Positions 12,755 to 27,523 are shown, counted from the first letter of the stretch. The stretch is DNA of 64,000 nt from Octopus vulgaris (GCA_951406725.2 OX597819.1:111786001-111850000), one strand, 5' to 3'. Notes: generated by a model from the letters alone, not told the origin. Numbers and translations: made by a program.

Positions 12755-12951
12755 CTAGGCACAAGGCCCGAAATTTGTGGAGAGGGGACCAGTCGATGAG
12801 ATCGAATCCAGTACGCAACTGGTACTTAATTTATCGACCCCGAAACGATGAAAGGCAAAGTCGACCTCGGCGGAATTTGAACTCAACGTAGCGGCAGACG
12901 AAATATGGCTACGCATTTCGCCCGGCGTGCTAACGTTTCTGCCAGCTCGCC
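12755..12951 (-). mobile_element. SINE family B, short form
   Basis: Reverse complement of the family head and central domain. Confidence 0.8.
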
Positions 12952-13583
12952 ATCTATCTATCTGCACACATGCGGGCTAACGATTCTTCCAGCTCGCCGC
13001 CTTTATTCTTTAACGAATTTTATTGGCACACCATCATGGGATATAATGCAATAATGAATATCCATACGGAAAGGCAAGGCCGTCTTCAGAATATTCAGGT
13101 AAGTTATACAGAGTTTATGGTTCCATCCAGTGCCTTATTGATAAGGGTATTAGCCTCACGACTGTAAGGTCGCGAGTTCGGTTCCCGGCGGCGCGTTCTC
13201 CTTGAGCAAAGCGCTTTATTCCATGTTGTCCCAGTCCAGTGTTCGATGAAAGATGGAAGAATGTGGTGTATAAAAGGTCCCTCGTGGATGCGAGATACGC
13301 TAAAAAAACTGAGGTCAGGGATTCGTGGGGTCCGAAAAAAACCTGCCCCACTGCATTTGTAAAAACGTCCCTTGTATTTGTTGAATCATTCGTTAATTAT
13401 ATAATCATGTTAAATTTTTAATCGACCCCAAATTGCTCTGTATCATTCGTGATTGTATTGTCATTTTCTCTGTATAGTCCTTAATGGATAATAATTAAAA
13501 GTCATAGAGCATAGTTTAAGCTATCTTTTCGTGGAAGAAGGTTTATGTTCCTATAACCTGTGTTAATTTTGTAACCCTTTAAA

Positions 13584-13970
13584 ATGGACGATAAGAAAGT
13601 TCATTTTCAGCCCTTGATCCTTTGGGAACCAGACAAGAATTGCTGCTGCTCGTCTGAGATGTGTTACCCCACCCTCCATATTCACCAGATATTGCTCCTT
13701 TGGATTTCCACTTATTCAGGCCTCTGCAGAATAGTCTTGATGGTAAAAATTTCAATACCTTGGTTGACGTAAAACGATACCTTGATGTATTCTTTGCCAT
13801 GAAACCACCTCAATTTTGGGAAGAGGACATTTTCAAGTTAAAGGAAAGATGGAGACGCATTGTGCAACAAAATGGTTCATATTTGGTTGATTAAAAATGT
13901 AATAGCAAGTGTTTATTGACCGTTTGTCGTTCCTTTAAAAATCGGTACGAACGTTCCGGACAACCCAATA
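13584..13970 (+). pseudogene. Internally deleted mariner transposase with right TIR
   Basis: N-terminus MDDKKVHF..LILWE fused to C-terminal LPHPPYSPDIAPLDFHLFRPLQNSL...ERWRRIVQQNGSYLVD*; ends ccggacaacccaa-TA. Confidence 0.85.
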
Positions 13971-14522
13971 TTTAACTGGGTGTTTCGTTACTAAACATGA
14001 TTATTAACCAGACCTCTTTAGTCCTGCTTTTATGGACTCTGAAACCTTACAGACGATTTTGTATATATATTTGTCTTTTCACTTGATGTCTTGTGACTGT
14101 ACTAAGATATTCCTGCAATCAACACCTGATCGTGATAGCGCTACATTTTACTTCTGCCTGTTCGAGCACCGCTTTTATGGGGGCGGCATTTTTGGATCTA
14201 CTATGTAAGCCAGTATATATGCTTGGGTACTCCGCCAGAGGGTGGAAAACGTAAGGACTGTCTTGGATGGAAATCTCATGGTTTGTCTCGGGCGGCAAAC
14301 ATTATAGCTTCGCCATTACTTGTTTGGCACTATTATGTGCCAATGAGAAGGCAACACAAAAGCCATGAGTGTCACAGTTAGTTAAGAACCGTGGCGCAAT
14401 GTCTGCCTGATCTACTTCATCATTATTTGTATCCAACTACTCTGACGAAATCAAGATGAAATTTTCAGGAGGATTCCAACATACAGATTCAGCAATGATC
14501 TTCCTGGCCATAGGTCTAGTCT

Positions 14523-14916
14523 TACTCTTTTACTCGTTTCAGTCATTTGACTGTGGCCGTGCTGGAGCACCGCCTTTAGTCGAGCAAATCGACCCCAGAA
14601 CTTATTCTTTGTAAGCTTAGTACTTATTCTATCGGTCTCTTTTGCCGAACCGCTAAGTTACGGGGACGTAAACACACCAGCATCGGTTGTCAAGCGATGT
14701 TCAGGGGGACAAACACAGACGCACACATACATACATATATATATACATATATACGACGGGCTTCTTTCAGTTTCCGTCTACAAAATCCACTCACAAGGCT
14801 TTGGTCGGCCCGAGGCTACAGTAGAAGATATTTGCCCAAGGTGCCACGCAGTGGGACTGAACCCGGAACCATGTGGTTCGCAAGCAAGCTACTTACCACA
14901 CTGCCACTCCTACGCC
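14523..14916 (-). mobile_element. SINE family A, full length
   Basis: Reverse complement of 5000-5416. Confidence 0.88.
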
Positions 14917-15368
14917 TGTAAAAAAATTCTTTTAGCTCTATTTTCTATTTGTTTCAGACATCGGATTTTGACCATGCTAGAGCACCGCATTGAAGGGTCT
15001 TAGCGATATAAACCCACGATGGGCAAACATGGGCACTAGCAAGCGTATTAATGCCCATTTCGACGTCTATTTGATGAGTAGTGTTGTTTATATCTTTCCT
15101 GATAAGATTGATGCATAGCTGACCATAATGCTTTCTGTCGGACATATTTTGAATCCATCGAAACATATGTAGAAGATATGGGGATATAAATGTTTTAATA
15201 ACATCCTGAGCGTTTTCAATTTTTCCTATTTTCTCCCAAATACGACTTACCTATCCCGGAATCAAATCACACACAAGTGGGATGATTGTTTCCTAGAACA
15301 TTTGAAGCAACATTTAGCTACTTTGTAATTATCTCCCTGGCTCTTTCCTATAAATTGCACAGTCATAC

Positions 15369-15454
<86 letters not shown>

Positions 15455-15860
15455 ATGTATGTATCGTCAGTAGTTCATATGTCCGAAAATGCCCACTCTA
15501 AGAGTCCACTATAAAACATTAGAGTAGTAAAAACATTAGAGTATATTTATAGAAGGTGGATTGTTATGGCCGATCAGTTCCACACCTATAGGCAACTCGC
15601 CAAACTTAGATAGCCAAAGATACATATCCAGTATATAACTGGAGGGAGAAAAACGTCATGGTAGGTTTTGTAATCAAAATATATATACATCCTGCTGGTA
15701 GCGTTTCAGGAGGGACGAGGTTATCTTACGTCGGTTCCAACAATGATTTCCGAAATTGCTGTCGTAGTTCTATTCGACGAACGGGGAATGCTAAGCTTGC
15801 AACAAGAAACGTAATGTCTTTCATAAGGGCATTGACTAAACATTTCTTTCCTGGAGATTT

Positions 15861-15904
<44 letters not shown>

Positions 15905-16089
15905 CAAGCAAAGCTTACATCGTATGTTCCCATTGATATACGACCCTGGTCGTTTGAGAGCTTCCATTTAACTATGTATAGCATGTCTCCTCTTTTAAGC
16001 GTTATGCGTAGCAGGCCAGGGACGTGATGTTGAATCACCCCAGTATCCTAAAAGAGAACTTGTGATTGCTCAGGCATTGCTTAAAGGGG

Positions 16090-16171
<82 letters not shown>

Positions 16172-16173
<2 letters not shown>

Positions 16174-16456
16174 AGGCGCAATGGCATAGTGGATAGGGCA
16201 GCGGATTCGTAGTCGCAGCATCGCGGTTTCGATTCCCAGACCGGGCGTTGTGAGTGTTTATTGAGCGAAAACACCTAAAAGCTCCACGAGGCTCCGGCAG
16301 GGGGTGGTGATCCCTGCTGTACTCTTTCACCACTCTTTCTCCCACTCTTTCTTCTGTTGGCCTGCTCGCTTAGCCAGCGGGGTGGCGTCATTCGAAGGTT
16401 AAAACAATGCGAACGCATTGTGACCAGCGATGTGTAATGTGGTCGGTTACGTGATT

Positions 16457-16460
<4 letters not shown>
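16172..16460 (+). mobile_element. SINE family C with alternative 3' tail
   Basis: Family C head and body to ~16350, then a different tail. Other family C or related copies at 19683-20030, 30468-30625 and 33120-33360. Confidence 0.8.
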
Positions 16461-16498
<38 letters not shown>

Positions 16499-18479
16499 AC
16501 GGGTTTCGACACAGTTTGCGTTTACCAAATTTACTTTCAAACCATTCGTCGACTCTCGTAGAAGCCACTTGCCCAATCTACCGCGCAGTCTTAACTCAGA
16601 AGGCCTTGTCATTTTCTTCAAGACCTGCTGACTTGGATTCCATTGAAAAGTGCTTAAACCTCAACGGAAAGCAAATATATATATATATATATATATATAT
16701 ACAAGATTATCAGTAAAGAAAACATAACACAGCATGTAAATTAATAAATTCTCTTTATGTAAACTTATTTAATGAAGTTATTGTAAAGAAATTTTCGGCT
16801 TGAAAAAAAAAAAAAAGAAGACAATCACGGAATTAGCAAAATAGCATATTGAGTACAACCGGAAGGTCATAGTTTCAATTCTCGTTAATAATATACACTA
16901 TGCATGAGAAGTAGTGTTTTGATCGTATTGAAGTCAATCTTACTGCTGGTTCCAACACATTTTTTTTATTGTTATATGGCGCCTGTATCTGTGAGATTAA
17001 CGAGTCAGAACTTATGGAGATCTAACTCAAGAAACAAAACCGCGTTCTTCCGGTTGATGATACATATATACGCACATACACATACACTCACAAACGTACG
17101 CATACATACATACATACATACATACATACATACATACATACATACATACATACATACATACATACATACATTGTGTATGTGTGCAACTGTTTATATAAGT
17201 ATATATATGTTTATGTGTATGTCTATATATATATACATGCACACAAAATGTCACACAAATATATATATATACACACACACACCTACGCATCTACATATAT
17301 GTATGTACATATATAATATAATTTACACATAAATAAATGCCTATATATATATTATATATATATGTGATGCTTTTGCAGCTTTATATATGAGTATATATAT
17401 ACATAAACACACGCACACACACACACACGTATATATATAGAGAGAGCATACTAATATATGCATACAAATGTCTATATATGTACATACATATACATATATG
17501 CACATGCATGCATGCACACATACATACATAAAGGCACACATACATACATACATACATACATACATACATACATACATACATACATACATACATACATACA
17601 TACATACATACATGCACGCATGTGTGTCTGCACATTGAACTTCCCGATAATTATTGTATAATTGTTATTTTATAAATGCATTCAGTTCTCCCTTAGTCTG
17701 TTCCCTTGGGGGTATTTTTTACGAAGTCGTACCAAATATACTAAGGATGTGTGTGTGTGTGTAGAGGGGTATTTGGAGATGTATGTGAGTGGAGTAGAAT
17801 ATCAATATGTGTGTGTATAGAAAAACATAGAGGGGAAGATTATTTAGTATCTGATATCCCATTTTATATTACAACTGCTAGTTTCCCCATTGCAGGGTTC
17901 TTCAGGCATTGTAAGGTAGAATCCACTATTCCACCTGCTAATTAAGACAAGAATAGAAGCAACTAGCTGTTTTCATAAAGAGGTATTTTTAATCGGGATG
18001 CACGCGGTTTATTGGCTGTTGCATCAATGCGTTCTTTGTGTCTATAAATATGTACTGCTTAACCAATGCCGGTTAAACAGTACGCTCGTTTTTAAGAGTT
18101 TAATGTGTTTGTGCGTGTGTGTGCGCGCATGTGTATGTAGATTTTATTTACTGGAACGTGTGTTTGTGATTGCATATGTGAAAGTGTATATCTATTGGAG
18201 GTCTTAGTGATTGTGTATGTATCTTGCATGTCTGTTAGAAATCTTGCATGTTGTGCTTTTGTGTCACTGGAAAGGCTTGTCAACCCAACCAAAAACCGAA
18301 TAAGGATAATCGTCAGAAATATCGATAAAAACTAACAACAATGCCCATGAAGTTTCTATATTTGTACATTAAGACAACAGTGCATCGGTTATGTGAAAGA
18401 TTACTCATATCACTTACAAACAACATTACACATTCAACCAAACATCAACTGCCTGGGAAATCTGTTACCACTGTCACAT

Positions 18480-18780
18480 TTAAAATTTACCGAAACGGTA
18501 TTGATTATACAGAAATGACCGCTAACCGCATTAACTATATAGAGACGCCTTTCTAAGAATAGATTTTATCAACATATGTACACATTCCGAACAATCAAAG
18601 GAATCTGGACACAAAACTAACGGCACATATCTGGTTTTAGAAAAATAACAATATGCCTTATATCATTGCATGGGAACTTTCAAGTAAAGCACAAACAAAT
18701 ATTTTATGCAATCTTTATGCTCTAGAAACGCTGCCGACTCTGAAACAGGAAACCAAAACATTCAATAAACGTTCTGTTTA
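18480..18780 (+). pseudogene. Decayed Penelope-like GIY-YIG endonuclease C-terminus
   Basis: Across frameshifts reads YTEMTAN...F.NRFYQHMYTFR...TKLTAHIW...NNMPYIIAWELSSKAQ...CNLYALE...NKRS. This follows the pattern YIGMT..FK.R...H..SF...LS.HIW.LK...W....CNLC..EK...LNKRSE of invertebrate Penelope-like elements. Confidence 0.65.
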
Positions 18781-19640
18781 TATCCTTACATTGTAAAGTA
18801 TCTCCTTAAATATAAGAGCGGCATTTCGACAGCGATAACATGAACTCTCAGTAGAATAGATTTTCTTTATCGGTTTCGTTTTTTCAAATCCCTCTTCAAA
18901 TATTATTTGCCGATCAAGCTATCAATAACGACAGAGTGATCTCACTGAAACACAAATCTTCCACGCTCAACTACACGCTCATATATTACCTCAATAGATC
19001 AGACCCTCTCTTCTTTCATACAAAGGCTGGTTTTCAGAAATTCACAATGGAAAAGGCTTTTACGACCATTTTTAATAAATCTGCGCATCAAACACAACAC
19101 CGTTTTCTCCTGACACATGAACAGACAAATGCATATCTTCTATCGGACACAAAGCAAGATACAAGCAAACGAGTATGAGTTAATACGCTCACAAAGACCC
19201 ACATACACAAGCACCCTGTAAATACAAGCACATATGGACACAAACTCTCATACACACACATGTATACACTTTATACTCTGCCAACACGCACACAAGCAGA
19301 AATTCAGAATCTTCGAACACACAGATACACGAATCCCAATAATGCAACAACCAAATAAAATGCCTGTCGCACAATTCAAACACATCACCGTACTAAAGAA
19401 AGAGACTTTCAATCTTGTCTTAAGAATCAACATATCCAGGCGTAACAATTGATCTTGCTTCACACTGCACGAAGAATAATATTATGAGGAAACTATAAGT
19501 TTTAATATAAAAGTTTATAACCAGCTTTTATTGAATAATACCCTGTTCTGCAAATCTAAACGGTGCTTTGTTTTGCTTAATTCATTTTTAGATGCGCGCG
19601 CGCGTATCTGTGTATGTTTATGTACGTATGAATGCATGTG

Positions 19641-19682
<42 letters not shown>

Positions 19683-20041
19683 ATGGCTCAGTGATTAGGG
19701 CAGCGGACTCGCGGTCATAGGATCGCGGTTTCGATTCCCAGACCGGGCGTTGTGAGTGTTTATTGAGCGTAAACATCTAAAGCTCCACGAGCCTCCGGCA
19801 GGGGTGGTGGTGGTGAACCCTACTGTGTTCTTTCGCCACACTCTTTCTTCCTGTTTCTGTTATACCTGTATTTCAAAGGGCCAGCCTTGTTACGCTGTAT
19901 CTCGCCCGAGAACTACGTTAAGGGTACACGTGTCTGTGGAGTGCTCAGCCACTTGCACGTTAATTTCACGAGCAAGCTGTTCCGTTGTTCGGATCAACTG
20001 GGACCCTCCTTGTCGTAACCGACGGAGTGCCACGATATATA

Positions 20042-20093
<52 letters not shown>

Positions 20094-20852
20094 AATGTAT
20101 ATATACATTTATATTTACATTTATATTTACATATATATTTATGCGTGTGTGCGTATGTATACTTATATATGTGTAGGGAAGGTATTGATATAAATATATG
20201 TATACACTTGTATAACAAATATGTATGTACGTATGTATATATGTACATAGACACACACACGCGCAAACAAACACATTCAAACACACACACTCACACACAC
20301 ACACACAAACTCTTGCACACTAACGCAATAGCATACACTCTGACATTGCGATGTTTCCCAGGATGCCTTCTGCAAGAAAGCTATATAGTCGGGTGCAATC
20401 TAACACACTTAATACAGCAAACCCAAAAGAAAAATTTAGAGCAACAATAAAGAGCGAAGTCCTTTATATTAATGATAATTTATTCAAACAATCAACTAAG
20501 ACAAATCCAAAATTAAAATTTCATAACAGCTAAAAGGAATTTTGTTGTGGAAAGTAAGTTTGATCTTTTGTAAGTACACGGATAACAGAAGACGTATTTC
20601 TCAGTGAAACAAAGTCGGCAACGTGGTTACCGGGTCACAGAAGGAGACGCATAACAGTTTTTGTGATTTATTCATTAATTAAACATAAATTAATTGACCT
20701 TGGAAAATTTACGTAGAGTACTTTGTTGAAAACAAAAATTATCGTTTAATGCTTATGAATGTTTTTGTTTTTGAGACGAACATAATTCAAATTAGGGTTT
20801 AAATCAATTAATCATTTTGCGTTAACTGTCTTAAGTATGTTAACCCGCAATT

Positions 20853-20898
<46 letters not shown>

Positions 20899-21229
20899 AC
20901 GCGCACGCACACACACATATACACACACATACGCTTATGCATACAAAAATACGTGTACATGGGAGTATGCAAAAAATTCGTTTCATTGTGCGTAGTTTAT
21001 ACTCATATACAGACACATACATACACATATACATACACATGCAACTTATAAAAACAAGCACACACACACACACACATGCATATTTATATTTCTGTGAATA
21101 TGAAAATGATTATTTTCTACGAGTTAGTACAAAGTACTTTATTAAAAGTTTGTGGTTCTTTCTGTTGTAAAGAATAAACACATCCTAATATATGCATAAA
21201 CACTTGCATATATGCATGCATACATATGC

Positions 21230-21287
<58 letters not shown>

Positions 21288-21397
21288 ATATATGTGAGTG
21301 TGTGCGTGTGTGTATACGTGTGTGTGTGCGTAAGGGATAATATTATTCAAGTTTTTGTTTTAATACATGCACACACACACACACGCGCGTATATAAT

Positions 21398-21452
<55 letters not shown>

Positions 21453-21471
21453 ATAGCACTTATGTACAAAC

Positions 21472-21538
<67 letters not shown>

Positions 21539-21871
21539 GTGATTGAGTGAGAGAGAGAGAAAGAAAGAAAGACAGAGATGCATGTATGTATGTATGTATG
21601 TACGTATGTATATATGTATGTAAGTATGTATATGTGTATGTATGTATGTATGCATATAAAAGTCGAGACAAGATTATGGTTATAAATGAAGAGTACAAGG
21701 CGTTTGTTTATTTTATATTGTTATTTCCCTTAATTTATTTTTGGTATTTTTTTTTCATTTGTATTGCTTTTTATTTCCGTGTTGTTCCGTGTCAATGGAG
21801 CGGTAAAGTTATCGTAAGAGTATAAAACAAAGAGAAGCTAAAGATGATATAGCAGTGCTCTGGACTCTACC

Positions 21872-21980
21872 AACCTGAAGATGTGCAGGTACACAGCTAT
21901 TCATGGAGATACAATAATGAGTATATATGTGACATTCAGCAATTATCAGTTGGTTGTAATGTGCCGAAACTGTTGTAGTG
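21872..21980 (+). ncRNA. Degenerate type I hammerhead with long helix II
   Basis: AC-CTGAAGA-tGTGCA...TGTGCc-GAAA-CTGTTG-TA-GT; helix I eroded. Confidence 0.45.
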
Positions 21981-22409
21981 ATTTAGATTAAAGCTTGTTC
22001 ATGCCATCTTCTTTTGTATGTATGTATGTATGTATTTATGTATGTATGTATGTATGTATGTATGTATGTATGTATGTATGTATGTATGTATGTATGTATG
22101 TATACACATACACACAGACACACTCTTAAGGTAGAGTCAAATAATAATATTTATTCGAAGCTAACTCAATGTGAATTCCTGGTTTTCGAGAACCGGAAAC
22201 GAAGATTCCTGAGCTGCAATTTACGCCGAATCATCCGCAAATGTATAAAGTAATGTATATTGTATGCAAATGTATATGTGTATGCATCTATGAATGAGTG
22301 AATATGTGAATGTATGTATGATGAATACATGTATGTATTTATGCAATTATCTATGTATATACATGCATGAACGAATGTATGAATGCATGTATATATATAT
22401 AAATATATG

Positions 22410-22411
22410 CA

Positions 22412-22460
<49 letters not shown>

Positions 22461-22484
22461 GTATACATATACATACATATATAC

Positions 22485-22537
<53 letters not shown>

Positions 22538-22782
22538 ATATATATATATATATACATAAATAAATAATATATATATATATATAAATATATATATATATGT
22601 TTATGTATATATATATATACATAAATAAATAATAGATATATATATATATATAAATATATAAATATATATATATATGTATATATATACATATACATACATA
22701 TATACAGATATATATATGTATATATAAATATACATATATATAAATACATATATATATGTATATATATGTATATATATAAATG

Positions 22783-22835
<53 letters not shown>

Positions 22836-22868
22836 GTATATATATATATGTATATATATATATATGTG

Positions 22869-22924
<56 letters not shown>

Positions 22925-22980
22925 GCATACATATATATATATGCATACACATACGTATGTATGTATGTATGCATGTACGC
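22410..22980. repeat. Long degenerate (TA)n/(TACA)n microsatellite, representative of dozens of arrays
   Basis: Direct inspection; source of the YIYI-type pseudo-ORFs. Confidence 0.97.
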
Positions 22981-23053
22981 ATGTGTTTAATTATTTCTCT
23001 ATAGTCACGTAACCTTTTAAAAAACGAAGAAATATTCTATATACATCATATGG

Positions 23054-23089
<36 letters not shown>

Positions 23090-23685
23090 CATATATACAC
23101 ACACGCACACACACAAATAAAAGGGGAGTATGTTCTTTAGTATAATAAAGCTATCATGATTGAAGCCATGCTTCAGCACCGCTTTTGTATATCCAATGGA
23201 GGTTTGTATTTCTTTCTTTACATACATCAACACAAAAAGATATTAAAATAAGAGTATTCACAAATACATACACACACGCACACATTCATACACACACACG
23301 CAAACACACACATAATGGTTAAAAGTTTATCAATTGAAAGCACTCGATACATTTTTTTAGTTATGAAAGTCTGTTATATATATACAGCAACTCGAGTTTC
23401 ATGTACAAGCAATGGTACTTGATTTTGTATGAAGTAAACAGGTGCCTTTAGGCTGCTTGCAGCAAAACAACCTGAGGATTAATGCATGTGTACATATATA
23501 TATAATGTATATACACTATATATATGCATATATACATACACACAAACACATAACCATATATATATATATCTATATCTATATATATGTATGTATGTGTATA
23601 TATATATGTATGTATAAATATATATATATGTTTATATATATGTATGTATGTATAAATATATATATATGTATGTAAGTATGTATTA

Positions 23686-23990
23686 TATATAAAATATAAA
23701 TTAGAGATAAAACCACTATTATGCAATTCAAACAATGATAGACATAAACCAAAACATAAATAACAAATAAAAAATATTTTTATAAAACATAACTAGATCA
23801 CAAAAAGTATAAAAATGAATAATCAATATATAATAATACTTATTATATATTGATTATTCATTTTTATACTTTTTGTGATCTAGTTATGTTTTATAAAAAT
23901 ATTTTTTATTTGTTATTTATGTTTTGGTTTATTTCTATCATTGTTTGAATTGCATAATAGTGGTTTTATCTCTAATCTATATTTTATATA
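23686..23990. repeat. 305-bp near-perfect palindrome (151-bp arms, 3-nt loop)
   Basis: ...aatcaatatataataa TAC ttattatatattgatt...; two mismatches seen; flanked by (TA)n. Confidence 0.93.
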
Positions 23991-24348
23991 TTTATATTGT
24001 GAAATTTGATTTAATACTAAATTGAATTTTTCCCTGTAAGTTTGGAGTTATACTCCTTAATATTATATATATATATCTTATATATATATATATATTATAG
24101 AATTATACAGTGCGATTTCGATTACAATTGCATGGTAAATAACCAGTATTTAGAACTCTATGTACATTCTTTTTACACCAAAAGAAAAAACTGCATGGAG
24201 AGTTTGTATATTGTAGTTTAAGTTACCATTTACTGTTTCTCTATAGTTCGAAACATCACAGAGTATATATAGAAAGAAAAGTAAAATAAGGAAATTTGTT
24301 CATAAATTATTTGGTTACGAACAAGCTCTCCCTTTTTGTCCCGATAGA

Positions 24349-24390
<42 letters not shown>

Positions 24391-25093
24391 CGTATGTATG
24401 TATTATATATGTGGATTTGTGTGTGTTTCAGTATGCTTATATATACTTGGATATATTTGTCTAAGCATATGCAAGTAGATGTGCGTTTACGTGCTATATA
24501 TATGGATGTACGTACGTGTTTGTGTATATATACATCTATTATTATACATTGTCCAACCCATGTTACCATGGAAAGCGGACGTTAAACGATGATAATGATT
24601 ATTATTATTTATATATTTGGGTGTGTTTGCGAATGTGTGTGTATGCACATGTATGCGTGTGTATGTGTGTATAACTCTAAAAATGTATATTTATATAGAA
24701 AGATAAGGGAAATTGAGGTAGAGAATACTATATACATGTTTCTGCTCTCTGTGTTCAAAGTTCAAATCCCATATAGTTCAGCTGTTCTTTTTACCTTTGC
24801 AGCCGATAAGAAAAAATAATACTAATCCAGTGCGGTGGATTAGCGGAATGTTTATATGTCCGACGTGATGCCTTGCGGTTCCGTCTCACTATGTGCGTTC
24901 TGAGTTCAAAATACAAGGCCTTTGTGGGCCTTCTGGGCTTTTCTGGGCCAGGTTTCAACGGTGATAAGCTTGGGAAACCCTTTAGTTAATATCAAAGTAT
25001 TTCAGTTGATCATATTCCATGCCAGCCACCAACTAAAAGGAGAGCCTGGAAAGAGATTTCCAGTTTTGTATACTCAAAAGTGTGACATACACT

Positions 25094-25194
<101 letters not shown>

Positions 25195-25676
25195 CATGCA
25201 TAGTACATTCATACATACATACATACATGGATACATGCATGCATACTTACAAATATGCATACGCACGTATGTACGTACATATATACATACGCAAAAACAT
25301 ACACAGGCAAACACACACACACGCATAAATAGGGTGGACCCAAGCGTCATCAATGAAACTGAGTAGACGGAAACTGTATGGAAGCCTGTCAAATGGACTG
25401 TGCTGAAATTTAAAGGTCCAGTCTTGCCATATACCGTGGCACACTGATTTGGCCAAAGGATTATGTTGAAGGTACATAAGTATGAGGGATACTCAGCCAC
25501 TTTCTCGTTATTTTGACTAGAAGACAGTTCAGTGGATTGAACAAAATGTTCATAATGAAAACCGACAGAAACTCCAAAACACTCACATATATGTACATAA
25601 ATACACGCGCACACACACACACACATATATGTATATATATACATGCATACATACATACACACATATATAATTATTC

Positions 25677-25720
<44 letters not shown>

Positions 25721-25889
25721 GTATATATATATGTATATATAAAAAGCAATAAAGATTCAAGTTAATTTAAATGAATTTACTTGAATATGGTACCTAACTT
25801 AGATGCACCAAAAAAAAACTATACTGTTTTAACAATACAATAATGTGGGGTGATTATAAGCGAGAAAGAAGCAACAAGAATGGATAGGT

Positions 25890-25980
25890 TTTTAGTACAA
25901 TCGTTTCATACAAGGACAGGCTTTATTAAAAGTTGCAAAAATTACAGCATATAAACGTGTCCTGTACTCATCAGCTAAAA
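25890..25980 (-). ncRNA. Type I hammerhead ribozyme (mirror copy of 26304-26394)
   Basis: Exact reverse complement of the plus-strand ribozyme. Confidence 0.87.
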
Positions 25981-26303
25981 TACATGTGAGTTCTCTAGAC
26001 ATCCTATTGGTTGAGGCTATACTCATGAAGTAGATAATTAAGTAACATAAACAGATTTCCAAAGTTCATTAAAGTTCTTTAAAGATGATGTACAGTCTTA
26101 TCACAGAATTTTAAAAAGTTTTAACAGCATCACAGAGAAGGTGACCTAATCCATAGTGCACATATGAATTTCCAGAGATATGATGAGGGATTACATCATC
26201 TTTAAAGAACTTTAATGAACTTTGGAAATCTGTTTATGTTACTTAATTATCTACTTCATGAGTATAGCCTCAACCAATAGGATGTCTAGAGAACTCACAT
26301 GTA

Positions 26304-26394
26304 TTTTAGCTGATGAGTACAGGACACGTTTATATGCTGTAATTTTTGCAACTTTTAATAAAGCCTGTCCTTGTATGAAACGATTGTACTAAAA
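26304..26394 (+). ncRNA. Type I hammerhead ribozyme, intact core
   Basis: TTTTAG-CTGATGA-GTACAGGAC[...]GTCCTtGTAT-GAAA-CGATTG-TA-CTAAAA; predicted cleavage after 26388. Confidence 0.87.
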
Positions 26395-26426
26395 ACCTAT
26401 CCATTCTTGTTGCTTCTTTCTCGCTG

Positions 26427-26486
<60 letters not shown>

Positions 26487-26696
26487 CACTCATATACAAA
26501 TGCATATATATGTATATGCAATAGTAATATACGTATTATATACAATATCTTATACGCTACATCCTCTCTCCCGCACATATACATACATACCTTTGTCTGG
26601 ATGTTTGTGTGACATATAGAAGGAAAGATAGGCCGTCAAGAAAGACACAAACAGCTGATATATAAATATCTAGCCGGATACAATAGACAGACACAC

Positions 26697-26771
<75 letters not shown>

Positions 26772-26866
26772 CACACGCGGATAGGCAGGCATTTAGACAT
26801 ACATACAGATAGTTACACAATCAGACATAAAATGTGAAATAGAGAAAGTCGCCATGGTAGATGGTG

Positions 26867-27063
26867 TCAGGTCTTTTTGAATTTCTGAAGAACCAAATAT
26901 GCAATGTATGCCGTAATACAGGCTGCAGCATTCAAATAGATCTTCTCCACCATACATAGCTGGTGTGCGTATGAATAACCAGTCATCATGGCCACTGCAA
27001 TGACCAGCTGGAAGTTAGAATAGGCCGCCTCTAGATTTTCAGAGAATAGAATGCCCGGTAGAC
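26867..27063 (-). CDS. UNC-93-like MFS protein, last exon (LPGILFSENLEAAYSNFQL...KFKKT*)
   Basis: ttccctccacag| acceptor, TGA at 26869-26867. Resembles UNC93A LYGVLF...EAAFANYRL...LC..KLYI. The five exons total 2196 nt (731 aa plus stop). Confidence 0.9.
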
Positions 27064-27312
27064 CTGTGGAGGGAAAAAAATTATAAGGTATAATAAATCT
27101 GCTAAAAAAAAAAAAAGCATAACATCAACTAAGGAAACAAGAACAAATATAAAAAGCGGTAAAATATCTGTAAAAACGACTCCCAAAACGCCTGGTAATG
27201 CGTCTGGCGAAAAAACAACAGGAGTAAAATCTGTTGGAAATTTGTCGAAACAGCTGTAGGCCACTAGTATAGCAAATGATAAAATTCTTCTAAAGCAGCC
27301 GGTAAAATATTG

Positions 27313-27523
27313 ATTTCAAAGTTTGGCAGAAGTTTGGCAATTTCAGAGGAAGGGATGAGTCGAATACATCGACCCCAGTACTCAACTGGTACTTATTTTA
27401 TCGACCCAGAAACGATGAAAGGCAACGTCGACCTAGGCAGAATTTGAACTCTGAATGTAAAGACGAACTAAATGCTGCTAAATATTTTGCCCGGCGTTTT
27501 AACGGTTCTGCCAGCTCGCCGCA
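27313..27523 (-). mobile_element. SINE family B, older copy
   Basis: Family motifs; flanked by a gccggtaaaatatt duplication. Confidence 0.75.

Larger units (their letters stand above)
25859..26425. mobile_element. Fold-back element: 234-bp inverted arms, 99-bp spacer, one hammerhead per arm
   Basis: 25859-26092 is the reverse complement of 26192-26425; the element extends left to ~25740 and is flanked by (TA)n. Confidence 0.9.

Noticed and set aside
14437-14472. CTGACGA-AATCaaGAT-GAAA-TTT-TC hammerhead-like string
   Set aside because: Helices I and II are too weak and there is no repeat context; likely chance.
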